Source: Bacillota bacterium
GTDB lineage: Bacteria; Bacillota; JAAYKD01
Assembly: GCA_963666425.2 (NCBI GenBank)
Contig: OY762825.2
Span: 704,001-768,000 of the forward strand
Direction: 5' to 3'
DNA length: 64,000 nt
Under the pieces are notes generated by a model, which was given only the letters and a program-made list of their open reading frames with translations, made no database searches and had not been told where the DNA came from. Positions 38,438 through 48,940 of this stretch are shown in pieces; position 1 is the first letter of the stretch, and each line of letters opens with the position of its first letter. Position numbers and translations under genes: made by a program.

Positions 38438-38588
38438 ACACATCGTTCAAGCTTTAGCACTGTAAGGCGTGAAATTGCATTAGGTAATACCTTGTTTTTC
38501 GGTAAAACCTGCTGACCAGTTCAAAGTGTCTCCACTCTTTCACGGCAGCAATCCATATCCCTAGAGTAACCTCACCTACCGAGCGAAA
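38438..38588 (-). ncRNA. M-box (ykoK) Mg2+ riboswitch
   Basis: Minus strand reads GGTAGGTGAGG...TGCTGCC...CGA..AAGG...CTAATGCA...CAGTGCTAAAGCT.AACGA; upstream of Mg-transport genes. Confidence 0.9.
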
Positions 38589-38940
38589 CCGAGTCAATCA
38601 AAAAACCACTGCTAACCTGGCAGAATATCAGTCAATTGAGAAAACCTGTGGGACTAAAAAATTTCGTTTCTAGTCACACAGGTTGTTTCCCTGCTGTCGG
38701 CAAACCGGCTTCAGCACACTAATTATTAGAAAAGCATCACCGATTTTCAATTCAATTGAACCTGAACTTTGTTTTATTATATTCTCTTCTGCAGCCGATT
38801 GTCAAGATAAAAACAATCAGGGAAGGCAGAGAGCTTGGTCTAAAAAAAGTCAATCGTGCTGCGGATTATCTAAGAATTACGCATTGCTGAAGGCATTTTC
38901 GCTCTGCCGAAATAATGCCAAACTTAAAAAGCAATAATAA

Positions 38941-38990
38941 ACTGCCCCAGCATGATTGCTTTTTAATCATGCTGGGGCAGTTTCTTTTTT
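38941..38990. terminator. Terminator hairpin after rubrerythrin
   Basis: ACTGCCCCAGCATGATT/AATCATGCTGGGGCAGT perfect inverted repeat. Confidence 0.75.
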
Positions 38991-39002
38991 AGCGATCTCT
39001 AT

Positions 39003-39545
39003 TTACTTGAAATAACGATGCAGTAAGCCTTGAAATGCTTTTCCGTGTCTGGCTTCATCTCTGGCCATTTCGTGCACCGTATCGTGAATGGCATCGAGAT
39101 TGGCGGCTTTGGCCCGGTGGGCTAAATCCGTTTTACCGGCGGTCGCGCCATTTTCGGCTTCCACTCTCATCTGAAGGTTCTTTTTGGTGGAATCTGTGAT
39201 CACTTCACCCAATAATTCGGCGAATTTTGCGGCGTGTTCCGCTTCTTCGTAGGCTGCTTTTTCATAATAGAGGCCGACTTCCGGATAACCTTCTCGGAAG
39301 GCAACCCGTGCCATCGCCAGATACATGCCCACTTCTTTGCATTCACCGGCAAAATTCGCTCTCAAATCGGCCATAATATCTTCGCTGGCTCCTTGGGCGA
39401 TCCCGACCACATGTTCGGCTGCCCAAGTCATTTCACCGACTTGTTCCGTAAATTTCGAAGCCGGAGCACCGCATTGAGGACAGTTTGTCGGAGGATTTTC
39501 TCCTTCATGAACATAACCGCAAACACCGCATACCCATTTTTTCAT
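39003..39545 (-). CDS. Reverse rubrerythrin (NADH peroxidase)
   Basis: N-terminal CGVCGY..CPQC rubredoxin-like site; EAEHA and EARH diiron motifs. Confidence 0.92.
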   Translation of the reverse strand: MKKWVCGVCGYVHEGENPPTNCPQCGAPASKFTEQVGEMTWAAEHVVGIAQGASEDIMADLRANFAGECKEVGMYLAMARVAFREGYPEVGLYYEKAAYEEAEHAAKFAELLGEVITDSTKKNLQMRVEAENGATAGKTDLAHRAKAANLDAIHDTVHEMARDEARHGKAFQGLLHRYFK

Positions 39546-39644
39546 TTTCAATTTCCTCACTTTCATTTTATATTGATTTCATACTATCGTAAGATCAAAG
39601 CAAGTTTGAGAGAGGGTCAAACCTTAATTTTCGTTCTGTAAAGA

Positions 39645-39803
39645 CTATTCTGCTTCAAACATTTCTTTGGCTGCACCGCAGACCGGACAAACCCAATCAC
39701 TGGGAAGATTTTCCCATTTGGTACCGGGAGCCACACCGCTGTCGGGGTCTCCTGCTGCTTCATCGTAAACATAACCGCAAACTGAACAGGTGTACTTTTT
39801 CAT
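39645..39803 (-). CDS. Rubredoxin (52 aa; below the ORF-track length cutoff)
   Basis: [52 protein letters not shown]. Confidence 0.95.
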   Translation of the reverse strand: MKKYTCSVCGYVYDEAAGDPDSGVAPGTKWENLPSDWVCPVCGAAKEMFEAE

Positions 39804-39921
39804 GATCATACCTTCCTTTTCTATTCCTATTTATATTAAGAAAGCAGTCTTGCTTTCCAATATACACCGAGCGATACCTTGGTGTTTTCCAGCGACAGTG
39901 CCGGCTGAATGAAACGAGCGA

Positions 39922-40368
39922 CTAGTTAGACTGTTTTGTTTTTGGTAAGGCGGCGAAGCAAGCCTTACAGATCCCCTGAAAATAAACATTTCGATTCATG
40001 ATTTGAAAACCGTTAAGATAATCGGAGGTAAAGCCCTGCAGATCGATCGCGAAATCATAGATCTCACCGCATTGCCGGCACTTAAAATGGCCATGATCCT
40101 GCAGATTGAATTCATATCTGATTTCATTCTCTTCGATGGTGATCTCCCGCAGCAAATCGGCTTGGACAAAAGCTTTTAAGGTGCTGTAAACGGTTGATCT
40201 CGATAATGTTGGCATTTCCTTTTTTAGTGAATCATAGACCTGATCGGCATTGGGATGGACAAAATGCAAGGCCAGATATTCGTAGATTTTTACCCTCTGA
40301 TGAGACGGCTTTAAGCTGTGCTTAAGTAGCTCAGCGGCAATTTGTTCGTATGGCAGATTCATGCTCAA
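39922..40368 (-). CDS. perR: PerR/Fur family regulator
   Basis: HPNADQVY, STVYSTL, HGHFKCRQCG and GICKAC motifs; oxidative-stress gene context. Confidence 0.8.
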   Translation of the reverse strand: MSMNLPYEQIAAELLKHSLKPSHQRVKIYEYLALHFVHPNADQVYDSLKKEMPTLSRSTVYSTLKAFVQADLLREITIEENEIRYEFNLQDHGHFKCRQCGEIYDFAIDLQGFTSDYLNGFQIMNRNVYFQGICKACFAALPKTKQSN

Positions 40369-40393
40369 GCTTCCCTTCAGAGGATTTCTTTAT

Positions 40394-40464
40394 TTCGGAA
40401 TTATTACAATATCATAATCATTCCTGATTGACTTTAATATAGCACAAGCTTCTCTGCCTGTCAA
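40394..40464 (-). promoter_or_regulatory. sigA promoter (TTGACA-17-TATATT, extended TG) with downstream Per-box-like sites
   Basis: -35 at 40464-59 and -10 at 40441-36; TTGTAATAATTCCGA partly resembles the Per box. Confidence 0.6.
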
Positions 40465-40533
40465 TAGTCCGCCTCTATTAATTTTGAAGGAATTCGCTCT
40501 GAAAAGTGATCGCTCTGCCTTTGATTCATCTGC

Positions 40534-40578
40534 TTGACAAGCCAAAGCAGGGGCTGTATAATAGTTGAAGTTTCAACT
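40534..40578 (+). promoter_or_regulatory. Consensus sigA promoter TTGACA-17-TATAAT with operator palindrome AGTTGAA-GT-TTCAACT
   Basis: -35 at 40534-39, -10 at 40557-62, inverted repeat at 40563-78 upstream of the MarR gene. Confidence 0.8.
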
Positions 40579-40605
40579 GTTGAATTTTCTACAAAGGAGA
40601 AAAGA

Positions 40606-41028
40606 ATGAATTATCAAACCATCAATCGGATTGCCAAATACGCGAAGGAATATGGCCACAACAAAATCCGTGATGCAGGGTTCAGCGATACCGAACACAA
40701 AATTTGCACTTTCCTTTATTTTCACAGCGATGTTTCACAGGATATGGCAGTCAAGGCGCTGATGCTCGACAAAACCACCCTTGCAAAAGCACTGGTTGCA
40801 CTGGAGGAGCGCGGCTTGATTCTTCGCATCCAGAACCCCAGCAACAGGCGTAAGAATATTCTCAACATCACCGAAACAGGCAAAGCAACCATCGCCGACA
40901 TCGTCAATATTTACGATGAGTGGTTTTTGTCGGTGGCTGCCTGTTTATCTGCAGACGAACAGGTCCAGTTTGACGACTACAGCACAAGACTGCTGCAAAA
41001 AGCACAAGAAATCAGCGAGGAGAAATAA
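40606..41028 (+). CDS. MarR family regulator
   Basis: DKTTLAKALVALEERGLI.R..NPSNRR..ILNITETG. Confidence 0.9.
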   Translation: MNYQTINRIAKYAKEYGHNKIRDAGFSDTEHKICTFLYFHSDVSQDMAVKALMLDKTTLAKALVALEERGLILRIQNPSNRRKNILNITETGKATIADIVNIYDEWFLSVAACLSADEQVQFDDYSTRLLQKAQEISEEK

Positions 41029-41029
41029 A

Positions 41030-41950
41030 ATGAGCTCTTTCAAGAATTTAAGAATTGTCGATAATTTCTATCAGACTTCGGCCTTCTTCCCCATGCCGAC
41101 CGTACTTATCTCAACCCTGGACGATGACGGCAACACCACAATCGGCTCCTACTCGCTTTGCTTCCCTTATTATATTGCAGGCAAAAGCGATTACGCCATG
41201 CTGCTGGAATGCCGCAACAGTTCAAACACCGCCCAAAATCTGCTCAAACGTGGAAAATGTGCGCTGAATTTCATTGAGGATGCGGAAGATGATTTTAAAG
41301 AAGCAGTCCGGCTTGGTTTCCCCGGTGAAACAAGCAAAGAGAAGATGCTTGGCTGCAAATTTGAACTGGAAGCAGGACAGTGCGACGGTAACCGACCGCT
41401 CGTGGTAAAGAAAAGTTATCAGGTGTTTGAATGCAGTTGGGACGACACGCTGGAGCGGGCGTATGAGGATAAAAGCCGCACGGGTCAGCTGGAAGGAATT
41501 GAACCGCCTTACCATGATTTCAATGGCATCACAAGCAAGTTTGGCTGTCATTTTATCCTGAAAATTGATAAGATTTTAATGAAAGAAAAATATTATGACG
41601 CGATTATCAACGGCGTGCGGGCATCAGAATTCCCGCATGTGCCGGTTGATTACGGCTATCGCGATAGTACCAATTTCTGGTACAGCAAATTCAGCCGTCC
41701 GCTGGCTGTAAAGATTCCCGCCGGAAAAGAAGCGGATCTGCAATCAGTGCTCTACGCGGCAAACCGAATGGATGCCGAGATTAAATTCAGCGAAGGTGCC
41801 TGTAAAATGATGGCAAAAGTTCCGCGGGTATTCCTGAAAATGGCGCTGAAGGGCTGCATCGATTGGGCAAGAGAAAACCAGATCAGCCTGATTGACGTCG
41901 AACAGATGCAAATCATCAATGATAAACGTGGCAAAGAAAAAAATCGATGA
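41030..41950 (+). CDS. Flavin reductase-like (FMN-binding split barrel) protein
   Basis: PMPTVLIST..DG, SNTAQNL..G.CALNF motifs. Confidence 0.65.
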   Translation: MSSFKNLRIVDNFYQTSAFFPMPTVLISTLDDDGNTTIGSYSLCFPYYIAGKSDYAMLLECRNSSNTAQNLLKRGKCALNFIEDAEDDFKEAVRLGFPGETSKEKMLGCKFELEAGQCDGNRPLVVKKSYQVFECSWDDTLERAYEDKSRTGQLEGIEPPYHDFNGITSKFGCHFILKIDKILMKEKYYDAIINGVRASEFPHVPVDYGYRDSTNFWYSKFSRPLAVKIPAGKEADLQSVLYAANRMDAEIKFSEGACKMMAKVPRVFLKMALKGCIDWARENQISLIDVEQMQIINDKRGKEKNR

Positions 41951-42056
41951 GGAAAAGAGAGAATATTTCTTACGGAAACGTAAGAACTGTTCTCTCTTTT
42001 TTTCGGCCGCACCCCGTTCGCCCGCAGCAATGATTGCTGATCGGAAAGAAATCCTC

Positions 42057-42425
42057 TTATGTTTCTCGGACTAAATGGATAAAAAGGTCTTCTCCTCTTT
42101 TTTCTACTGTGGCTTGATCAACCATCGTACCGACCAGATAAAGCTCGTCGCTGCTGTCATTTTCACCGGCCAACTGCCAATAATAACCTTCCACTTCCTT
42201 TTGCCGCGGAGTATTCAAGTTAAATCTCAATCGCTCGATAAAACGCTGATCATGACAACAGTGATGTTGGATCATGGTGATCTCTGTTTTCTGGTTTTGT
42301 TTTTCTATCTTGATATCGATCTCGTTCGATCCATCCTGCAATAACAGCGTCAGTAATTCATCGACGATTAGTGTAATTTTCTTTGTTTCATGCTGCATAC
42401 CTGGCTCACTCCCTCTTAAAAGCAT
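42057..42425 (-). CDS. Hypothetical protein coupled to the DUF1576 gene
   Basis: LNTPRQKEVEGYYWQLAGE; the real start is possibly ~42398. Confidence 0.6.
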   Translation of the reverse strand: MLLRGSEPGMQHETKKITLIVDELLTLLLQDGSNEIDIKIEKQNQKTEITMIQHHCCHDQRFIERLRFNLNTPRQKEVEGYYWQLAGENDSSDELYLVGTMVDQATVEKRGEDLFIHLVRET

Positions 42426-43677
42426 CCACGATCGGAACCAAAATTCCGGCTACCAAGCCTCCCGAAAATCCATTATTATAGAGATTAATCCCGCCATGAA
42501 TCACACCGACGTTGGTAACCAAAATCATATGCAGAATTCCGGCAATAAAACCAATCACAGGGCCATAGGTTCCTGCAATCGGCGCTAAAGTTGTAGAAAA
42601 CAGAACCGAAATCACGATACTGGTTGCAGAAAGCTCAAAGCCAAAAAACAAAGCGGTCATGATCACGCCTGCCATCACAGGCCAACAATTTTTCAGGTGT
42701 TTGCCGAAAGCGCCAAAACCTACAACAGTGAAAATACCGGCCAAAACAGGTCCATTCACGGTTCCGCCAACCAGAAAAACATAAAACAAGCTGAGAAAGC
42801 CAAGCATAGACATATTCACGAAGGTTGTGCCATAACCAACCAAGTGCGTAAAATCCGTAATCAGTCTGCCTCTATAGGCAAAGATCTTCGGATAATCCCT
42901 GACGGCGCGGTGATTGATCCAAAGACCTATCGCCATGAGCCCTGTAAAAATCAACAGCAGGAGCCAGAGAATGACCGGGTGATTTTGCTCTGAGACGATA
43001 TAAACCGGTTGAACGGTCACACCGAAACTCCGCAGGATACTGGTTAAAACAGTGCCGATAATACCCGAAGTGAAACCGATATTATAGAGATTATAACCGT
43101 CGTGAAATTTCAGCATATGAGAGGATAAGGGCACAATCACAAAACCAATAAAGACACCTGCCATCATGGCGACTGCGATCGCTGAAGCGGGCGGCAATAG
43201 ACCGGAGAAGCTAATTTCACTGATGATCGGCGCCAATGCCGTACCAAACATCACGATAACGAAAATATCTTTGAAAGAATTCTTCTGGTAGAGCGTATAG
43301 AGAAAGCCGCCAAGATAAATCGGCAGGATATTATACAAATTCTTACCAAAAAAAGAAAAACCAATCGCCGTAAAAAAAGCGGCAATCAAAACCCCGTTGA
43401 TCTTTAAACGATAACGCTGCAGGATCAGAAGATTCATCAGCCCTACCAGACCAACATTGATAAACGCAGCGGCAATCCCACCGACTTTGATAAAATCGGT
43501 GATCAAAATGGTGGGGGACAGAATGATGTTGGCGAAACCTCGAATTGTTTCTCCTAAACTGCCGGAGTTGTTCGCATGAGCAAGGCCAATGATTAAAAAA
43601 AGGATCGGAACTGCCGCGAGGATCAAAAGCAGATGAGAGCGTTCCATGTCTTTTTCATTGAGAGCAGGATAATCCAA
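42406..43677 (-). CDS. DUF1576 membrane protein
   Basis: Duplicated motifs LITDF, GFSFFGKN/GFGAFGKH, TALAP/TTLAP and GYNLYNIGF/GINLYNNGF. Confidence 0.85.
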   Translation of the reverse strand: MDYPALNEKDMERSHLLLILAAVPILFLIIGLAHANNSGSLGETIRGFANIILSPTILITDFIKVGGIAAAFINVGLVGLMNLLILQRYRLKINGVLIAAFFTAIGFSFFGKNLYNILPIYLGGFLYTLYQKNSFKDIFVIVMFGTALAPIISEISFSGLLPPASAIAVAMMAGVFIGFVIVPLSSHMLKFHDGYNLYNIGFTSGIIGTVLTSILRSFGVTVQPVYIVSEQNHPVILWLLLLIFTGLMAIGLWINHRAVRDYPKIFAYRGRLITDFTHLVGYGTTFVNMSMLGFLSLFYVFLVGGTVNGPVLAGIFTVVGFGAFGKHLKNCWPVMAGVIMTALFFGFELSATSIVISVLFSTTLAPIAGTYGPVIGFIAGILHMILVTNVGVIHGGINLYNNGFSGGLVAGILVPIVDAFKRE

Positions 43678-43716
43678 TGTTTCGCCTCCTCTTGATGATC
43701 TTTCCTTCTGTAATTG

Positions 43717-43778
43717 TGTGCCAACACCCCCGTCCCCTTGGAACGACTATGTGCCAATACCCCCGTCCCCCTGGAACG
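43717..43778. repeat. 29-bp direct repeat x2 (33-bp period) overlapping the 3' end of the oxidoreductase gene
   Basis: TGTGCCAA(C/T)ACCCCCGTCCCC(T/C)TGGAACG at 43717 and 43750. Confidence 0.85.
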
Positions 43779-44763
43779 CACGCTTGGCCCAATCGGAATC
43801 ACGCAGGATTGCTCTGCCGACACCAATGAAATCGGCTTTTCCGGCAGCCAATAGCTGTTCGGCGGCATCCGCTTCTGTAATGCCTCCGGTGAGAAGGATC
43901 GGGATGGTAACCACTTGCTTGATGGCTTCGCTGAGAGGAGCGAAAAATCCCTGCTCATTCGTGCCGCCTGGAATTTGATAACCGCACAAGCCGCCGGAAA
44001 TATCCAAAAGATCGACGCCGGCTTTTTCAAATTCGCGTGCTGCAATTAAGCTGTCTTCGATGGTGGCGCCGCCGCCTTTATAATCGGCTGCCCCGAGCCG
44101 CAGGAGAATCAAGAAATCCTCTCCGACCACTTGCCGAACCGCAGCAATCACCATCAGATGAAAGCGGATGCGATTCTGCACCGTACCACCGAATTCATCC
44201 GTCCGTCGGTTGCAGAGCGGAGAATAGAATTGGTTGAGCAGATAGCCGTGTGCCGCATGGATCTCCACCCCGTCAAAGCCGGCTTCCTTGACGCGTTTGG
44301 CTGCTTTCTGGAAGTCCAGCACAATTTGTTCAATTTCTGCCCGCTCCAGTTCGTGTGGAATATCGCTGCCGCTGCGCGGATGCAGAACCGCAGAAGGGCC
44401 AACTCCGATCGTACCGGTTACTTCCTTTGTGGCCGCACTGCCGGCATGATTGATCTGCATCACACACTTGCTGCCGTTCTGGTGAATGACTTCCGCCAAT
44501 TTTTTCAGATTCGGGACAACCTCATCCTCTGCGACGGAAAGCTGAAATTGACTGGCTTTCCCCTGCAGGGAAATAAAACTGTGTTCAATAATCACGAGGG
44601 CAAGGTATCCCCCTTTGGTTTTCTCCGCATAATAATCCAGGTTGGCCTGATTGACTTTACCATCCGCATCCGCTTTTGAAGTTGCCATCGGCGGCATGAC
44701 CAAACGATTTTTTAACTGCAGCGAACCTACTTGTAAAGACTTGAGTAAAAATGTCATGTGCAT
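43747..44763 (-). CDS. NADH:flavin oxidoreductase (old yellow enzyme family)
   Basis: KNRLVMPPM, QINHAG and EIHAAHGYLLNQFYSP..NRRTDEFGG motifs. Confidence 0.92.
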   Translation of the reverse strand: MHMTFLLKSLQVGSLQLKNRLVMPPMATSKADADGKVNQANLDYYAEKTKGGYLALVIIEHSFISLQGKASQFQLSVAEDEVVPNLKKLAEVIHQNGSKCVMQINHAGSAATKEVTGTIGVGPSAVLHPRSGSDIPHELERAEIEQIVLDFQKAAKRVKEAGFDGVEIHAAHGYLLNQFYSPLCNRRTDEFGGTVQNRIRFHLMVIAAVRQVVGEDFLILLRLGAADYKGGGATIEDSLIAAREFEKAGVDLLDISGGLCGYQIPGGTNEQGFFAPLSEAIKQVVTIPILLTGGITEADAAEQLLAAGKADFIGVGRAILRDSDWAKRAFQGDGGIGT

Positions 44764-44981
44764 CTCCTCTTCATTCCTTTTTTGTATCGTATTGTCTGAT
44801 TGGAGCTGATTTTTTCTATTTTTCTCGCTGTAAGCGCTGTTTTGCGCACTGTGAGAATTGTGCTGTCTGCCAATCGCAAGCTGCAGAGCCGCAGATGGAT
44901 GCCGCTCTGCTTTCCTCTTTTTAAAAAAACCGGGAAAATCTTTTCACTTCTGCAAAGAATTCCCGGTTAAGATACCTTTAA

Positions 44982-45659
44982 TCAATTCTCCAGCGCAGCA
45001 ACCAGTTCCTGCACCAGCTGCGCTGCCTGATCGGCTGCTTTTTGTTCAAATTCCCGGTAAGTCATGCCGGAAGGATCATCCGCCAGATCGGAAATGGAGC
45101 GAATCACCAGAAAAGGAATGGCATTGATATAAGCAGCGTTGGCTACCGAAGCGCTTTCCATGTCAACAGCCAACGCCGGATAGTCTTTGAGAATCCTTGC
45201 CTTTTTTTCAGGGGAATCGATAAAATCATCCCCTGTTACTGTCAGTCCTCTGTGGTAATCCAGTTGCCGTGCTTTGGCAATTTGTTCCGCGGCTGCCAGC
45301 AAGTGCGGGTCAGAGGCGAAGGATGCCTGATGCGGATAAAAATTGATCATTTGACGCGGCCGGACGTCATGATACGTCACCTGTTCCGCCAATATAAGCG
45401 CTAAACATTTCACATCAGCCGAGAGAGAACCGGCTATCCCGGTATGAATGAGCCGATCGATGTGAAAATGATCCAACATTAACTGCGTGCCGATGGCCGC
45501 ATTCGATTTTCCGATCCCGCAGTTGCCAATTACAACCTCGCGGCCGGACATCTTGCCCAGATAGTACTCGAAGCCATGGATGGTTTCCACCCGTTCCATG
45601 ACCATTGCCTGTAAGAGCAAGTGATATTCCAAAGACATTGCCGAAATTATCCCAAGCAT
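44982..45659 (-). CDS. mtnN: 5'-methylthioadenosine/S-adenosylhomocysteine nucleosidase
   Basis: GIISAM..E, GIGKSNAA, TGIAG, DMES and RSISDLAD motifs. Confidence 0.9.
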   Translation of the reverse strand: MLGIISAMSLEYHLLLQAMVMERVETIHGFEYYLGKMSGREVVIGNCGIGKSNAAIGTQLMLDHFHIDRLIHTGIAGSLSADVKCLALILAEQVTYHDVRPRQMINFYPHQASFASDPHLLAAAEQIAKARQLDYHRGLTVTGDDFIDSPEKKARILKDYPALAVDMESASVANAAYINAIPFLVIRSISDLADDPSGMTYREFEQKAADQAAQLVQELVAALEN

Positions 45660-45799
45660 CGTTTCGCTCCTCACACTTTATTTTCTCTGCTCTGGCTTTT
45701 CTGCCCGGCATCAACCGCGGCTTTGGACTACACCAACCTAACTGGTTTGTCACTGCCAAAGTCTGCAAAGCCAATTCTAAGAACTAATCGTTTCGTTCT

Positions 45800-47398
45800 C
45801 TACTTCTCAGCTTCTCTGCTGCCCCAATTCTTCACAACGGCTTCTTTTAAGTTTTCACTGTCCTTCACCGAAAGCAAACCGAGCGCTTCCAATTCATTGA
45901 CTCCTTCGATTGCCTGCATCCAAAAATCCTTATTTTCCAGCAGATTATGCTCTTCCACAATGCGCAGCAGTTTTGCCGGAGCATCCACCCGATTCAAATA
46001 GACTTCCAACGCATTGGCCATTGCTTCCCAAGCTTTGTCGCGGCAAAGATAGGGAATATTCAAGCGGTTCAATAACGAGGTCAGGAAACCTGTGAACTGA
46101 TTCTTACCTTTCAGACGCCCCGGCGCCAAGACATAATAACTGTTTTGATAAAGCGTGCCGGCTTTGGCTACGATAAAGGGCAGTTCCAAATTAACTTCAT
46201 CCGGTAAATTCGCTCCTACCACGAAACTGCGCTCAATCAAATCCTTACCGGAAGCCTGCACTTTCAGCTGTTCTTCCTGCAAAGCAGCAATCAAAGCTTG
46301 TTCCAGTGTTTTCTGCCGGGCAATCGTAGCTTTCCACTGCAGTTCCGCTTCCTTCAGCTGTTCCTGCATCATTTCCAAAGGACGTCGGGCGATATAGGAC
46401 TGCGCCGATAATTCATCCATCCAGCCGGTTTCCTGTTGATGCAGCAATTCCTCCATGCGGGCAAACTCTTCTTTTCTGTTACTCAATTGCGCCGCATAAT
46501 ATTCCTGCATTGGGCTTTGCAGCTGGCGATAGCGTTCCAGGCTGCTTTGCAGCTGCAGCATTTCCTGCTGCAGCGCATCCATTCGCAGCTTCATTTCGTG
46601 GCTCTGATCAGTCGTAACCTGATATTGTGTATTTAACTGATTGAGTCGCTGCTCGATTTCCGGTTTCAATGATTCGATTTCTTCCTTCAGCAACAGTAAG
46701 GCTTTGTCACGCTGACGGATCAGATATTCCGTGCGCAGCAGAGATTTTTCTTTGATCGCCTGCAGCATTTGATCAATTTTAAAATCTTCCGCACGGTAAT
46801 TTTTTACCCAGGTTTCCAGCGTTTCTTTTTCCTGCAGAATGGCTTCATTCTGCATTCCGGTTAGTAAAGCACCCCAATCCTGCACTTCCAGCGTACGTTC
46901 CTTGCCGAGCACAGCCGGCAAACCAAAGACGGCAGTCACCAAATGGCTGGGATATTTCGGTGGATAAGGAGTAACGACATTTTCTGCAATTTGCAGCAAA
47001 TCACTCTCGTAAGTATCTCCCTGATTGATCTGCAGCACAGTCGTATCGAGTGATCTGGCAGGCGAAACCGATAACTGCAGCTGCTCGCCCATAATATTCA
47101 ACAGGTCAAATAAATAAGCCCGATCCTGATCAAAGACGCGCTTCAGTAAGATCGGCCAACGCACTTGGGTGAGTGCAAGCAAGGTTTCTCCCGCCAACTT
47201 TTCTCTGGGGATGGTATTATCAAACACCCGGCTGTGTACGAGACAAGTTGCGATTGCTTTTTCAACATTGGCACTGACCGGTAAGTCATTCGTGCCAATC
47301 AAAAACGGAAAAATCTGATTCATATCCAACTCCACCTCCACTAATTTTATGCTCGATTCATTAAATGACTGCCGGATAAGGGCAGTGATTTCGCTCAT
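45800..47398 (-). CDS. Hypothetical protein with a central coiled coil
   Basis: 532-aa ORF with an E/Q/L-rich middle region. Confidence 0.7.
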   Translation of the reverse strand: MSEITALIRQSFNESSIKLVEVELDMNQIFPFLIGTNDLPVSANVEKAIATCLVHSRVFDNTIPREKLAGETLLALTQVRWPILLKRVFDQDRAYLFDLLNIMGEQLQLSVSPARSLDTTVLQINQGDTYESDLLQIAENVVTPYPPKYPSHLVTAVFGLPAVLGKERTLEVQDWGALLTGMQNEAILQEKETLETWVKNYRAEDFKIDQMLQAIKEKSLLRTEYLIRQRDKALLLLKEEIESLKPEIEQRLNQLNTQYQVTTDQSHEMKLRMDALQQEMLQLQSSLERYRQLQSPMQEYYAAQLSNRKEEFARMEELLHQQETGWMDELSAQSYIARRPLEMMQEQLKEAELQWKATIARQKTLEQALIAALQEEQLKVQASGKDLIERSFVVGANLPDEVNLELPFIVAKAGTLYQNSYYVLAPGRLKGKNQFTGFLTSLLNRLNIPYLCRDKAWEAMANALEVYLNRVDAPAKLLRIVEEHNLLENKDFWMQAIEGVNELEALGLLSVKDSENLKEAVVKNWGSREAEK

Positions 47399-47449
47399 AA
47401 CCCCTTTGCCAAGGTTTTTTAACTTGTATTTGACGGTATAATATAAAAA

Positions 47450-48757
47450 TCACCAGTGTTTCAGGGCTTCTATCTGCGCTGAAGCCAGCAATTGCTGTAA
47501 TTTCAAACCTAAGGCAGGTCCTTTTTCCGAGCGGCCGCTGCCATGAATTCCGGCTTGCGCCAAATAAAACGGAATGATCTCCAAAGCATGATCGATCATT
47601 TGCCAGACCGTATGCAATTCCGCTAATCTGCTTTCGCATTGCTCCGGATTTTTGCCCATGATATCGGCTGTTTTAAATAGGTAGAGCTGCCGCAGAAAAA
47701 TGCTCAGTTCCAGACTGTTTTTGAATTCAACGGCGAGGTGATTCAAATAGTCTGTCACCGCCTGCGGCGTCAGCGCCATCGGCAGGCTCATATGCCAGGC
47801 AATCAGCTTTCCCACCTGTTGACGGATTGTTTTCGCTACTTCCCAACCGAGCATTGACTGCTCACAAATTCGGCAGCCCATCAAATCATGGCCATGATCG
47901 CTGGGCTGACAGCTGAACGGATCGATGGAGCGAATCCCCGGCAGCCCTTTGGCGCAGTCGTGAAACATCGCCGCCCAGGTCAGAACATCGTCTTGGGGAA
48001 TTTTCGTTTCCACATAAGTCAGCACAGCCAGCGTATGTTCCCAGGCATTCAAGTGGTGATAGGCCGGATTTTGCGTAACGGTTTCTAAATGGCAGATTTG
48101 CGGCAACACCTTATCCAGCAGCTGACAATCCGCCAGCATGCTCAAGCCCTTGGCCAGAACTCTTTTTCGCACCATTTTGTGCAGCTCTTTGCCGACGCGT
48201 TCCTGCGGGACGCCATCCAGTAAATCAGCAGATTGCATCATGGCCGTTTTGGTGTCTGGTTCCAGGCTAAAATCAAAACGAGCGGCAAACGTGACAGCCC
48301 GTAAAATGCGGATCGGATCTTCCTCAAAGCGCAGTTTTGCTTTTCCTACCGCCCGAATTTGGCGATGGAGGATATCCTGGCGGCCGCCAAACGGGTCCAG
48401 CAAATTCTCGTTGATATCCATCGCGATGGCGTTGATCGTAAAATCACGCCGGGCAGCGTCAGCGGTAAAACTGCTGACTGCATAAACCAGGGGTTTGCCG
48501 GGATCCAGATAGGCTTCGCCGCGAAAAGTGGCCACTTCGGTGCCATCAACCAACAAAACGCCGTATTGTCTCCCCACCGCATTCAGCTTGGCATCCGGAA
48601 ATACCGCGGCGATCTGAGTAGGAATGGCGGAGGTCGCCAAATCGATATCGGAGGCAGTCAGTCCCAACAGATGATCTCTGACACAGCCGCCCACATAATA
48701 AGCAGCGTACCCGGCTGCCAACAAGCGTTGTAAAATCTGTTTTGGCTGTAATGTCAT
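47450..48757 (-). CDS. cca: CCA-adding/poly(A) polymerase family nucleotidyltransferase with an HD domain
   Basis: VGGCVRD..LG...DIDLAT, RRDFTINA, EDPIRILRA and FHD.AK; probable start at 48757. Confidence 0.8.
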   Translation of the reverse strand: MTLQPKQILQRLLAAGYAAYYVGGCVRDHLLGLTASDIDLATSAIPTQIAAVFPDAKLNAVGRQYGVLLVDGTEVATFRGEAYLDPGKPLVYAVSSFTADAARRDFTINAIAMDINENLLDPFGGRQDILHRQIRAVGKAKLRFEEDPIRILRAVTFAARFDFSLEPDTKTAMMQSADLLDGVPQERVGKELHKMVRKRVLAKGLSMLADCQLLDKVLPQICHLETVTQNPAYHHLNAWEHTLAVLTYVETKIPQDDVLTWAAMFHDCAKGLPGIRSIDPFSCQPSDHGHDLMGCRICEQSMLGWEVAKTIRQQVGKLIAWHMSLPMALTPQAVTDYLNHLAVEFKNSLELSIFLRQLYLFKTADIMGKNPEQCESRLAELHTVWQMIDHALEIIPFYLAQAGIHGSGRSEKGPALGLKLQQLLASAQIEALKHW

Positions 48758-48940
48758 CCGTACCACCTCCCCGTCCTCTTTTATTGTTCTAGAAATCAGA
48801 AAAAGATTCCTTCTACCAGATTTACCAATCATCACAAGCATTGCGCAGAAAGTGCATGCAACATTGATCATGTACAATAAAACAACCGGCTTGTGGATTT
48901 CTTAGCTCCATTTAACCGGTCGTTTTGGTCCCTTATTGAA

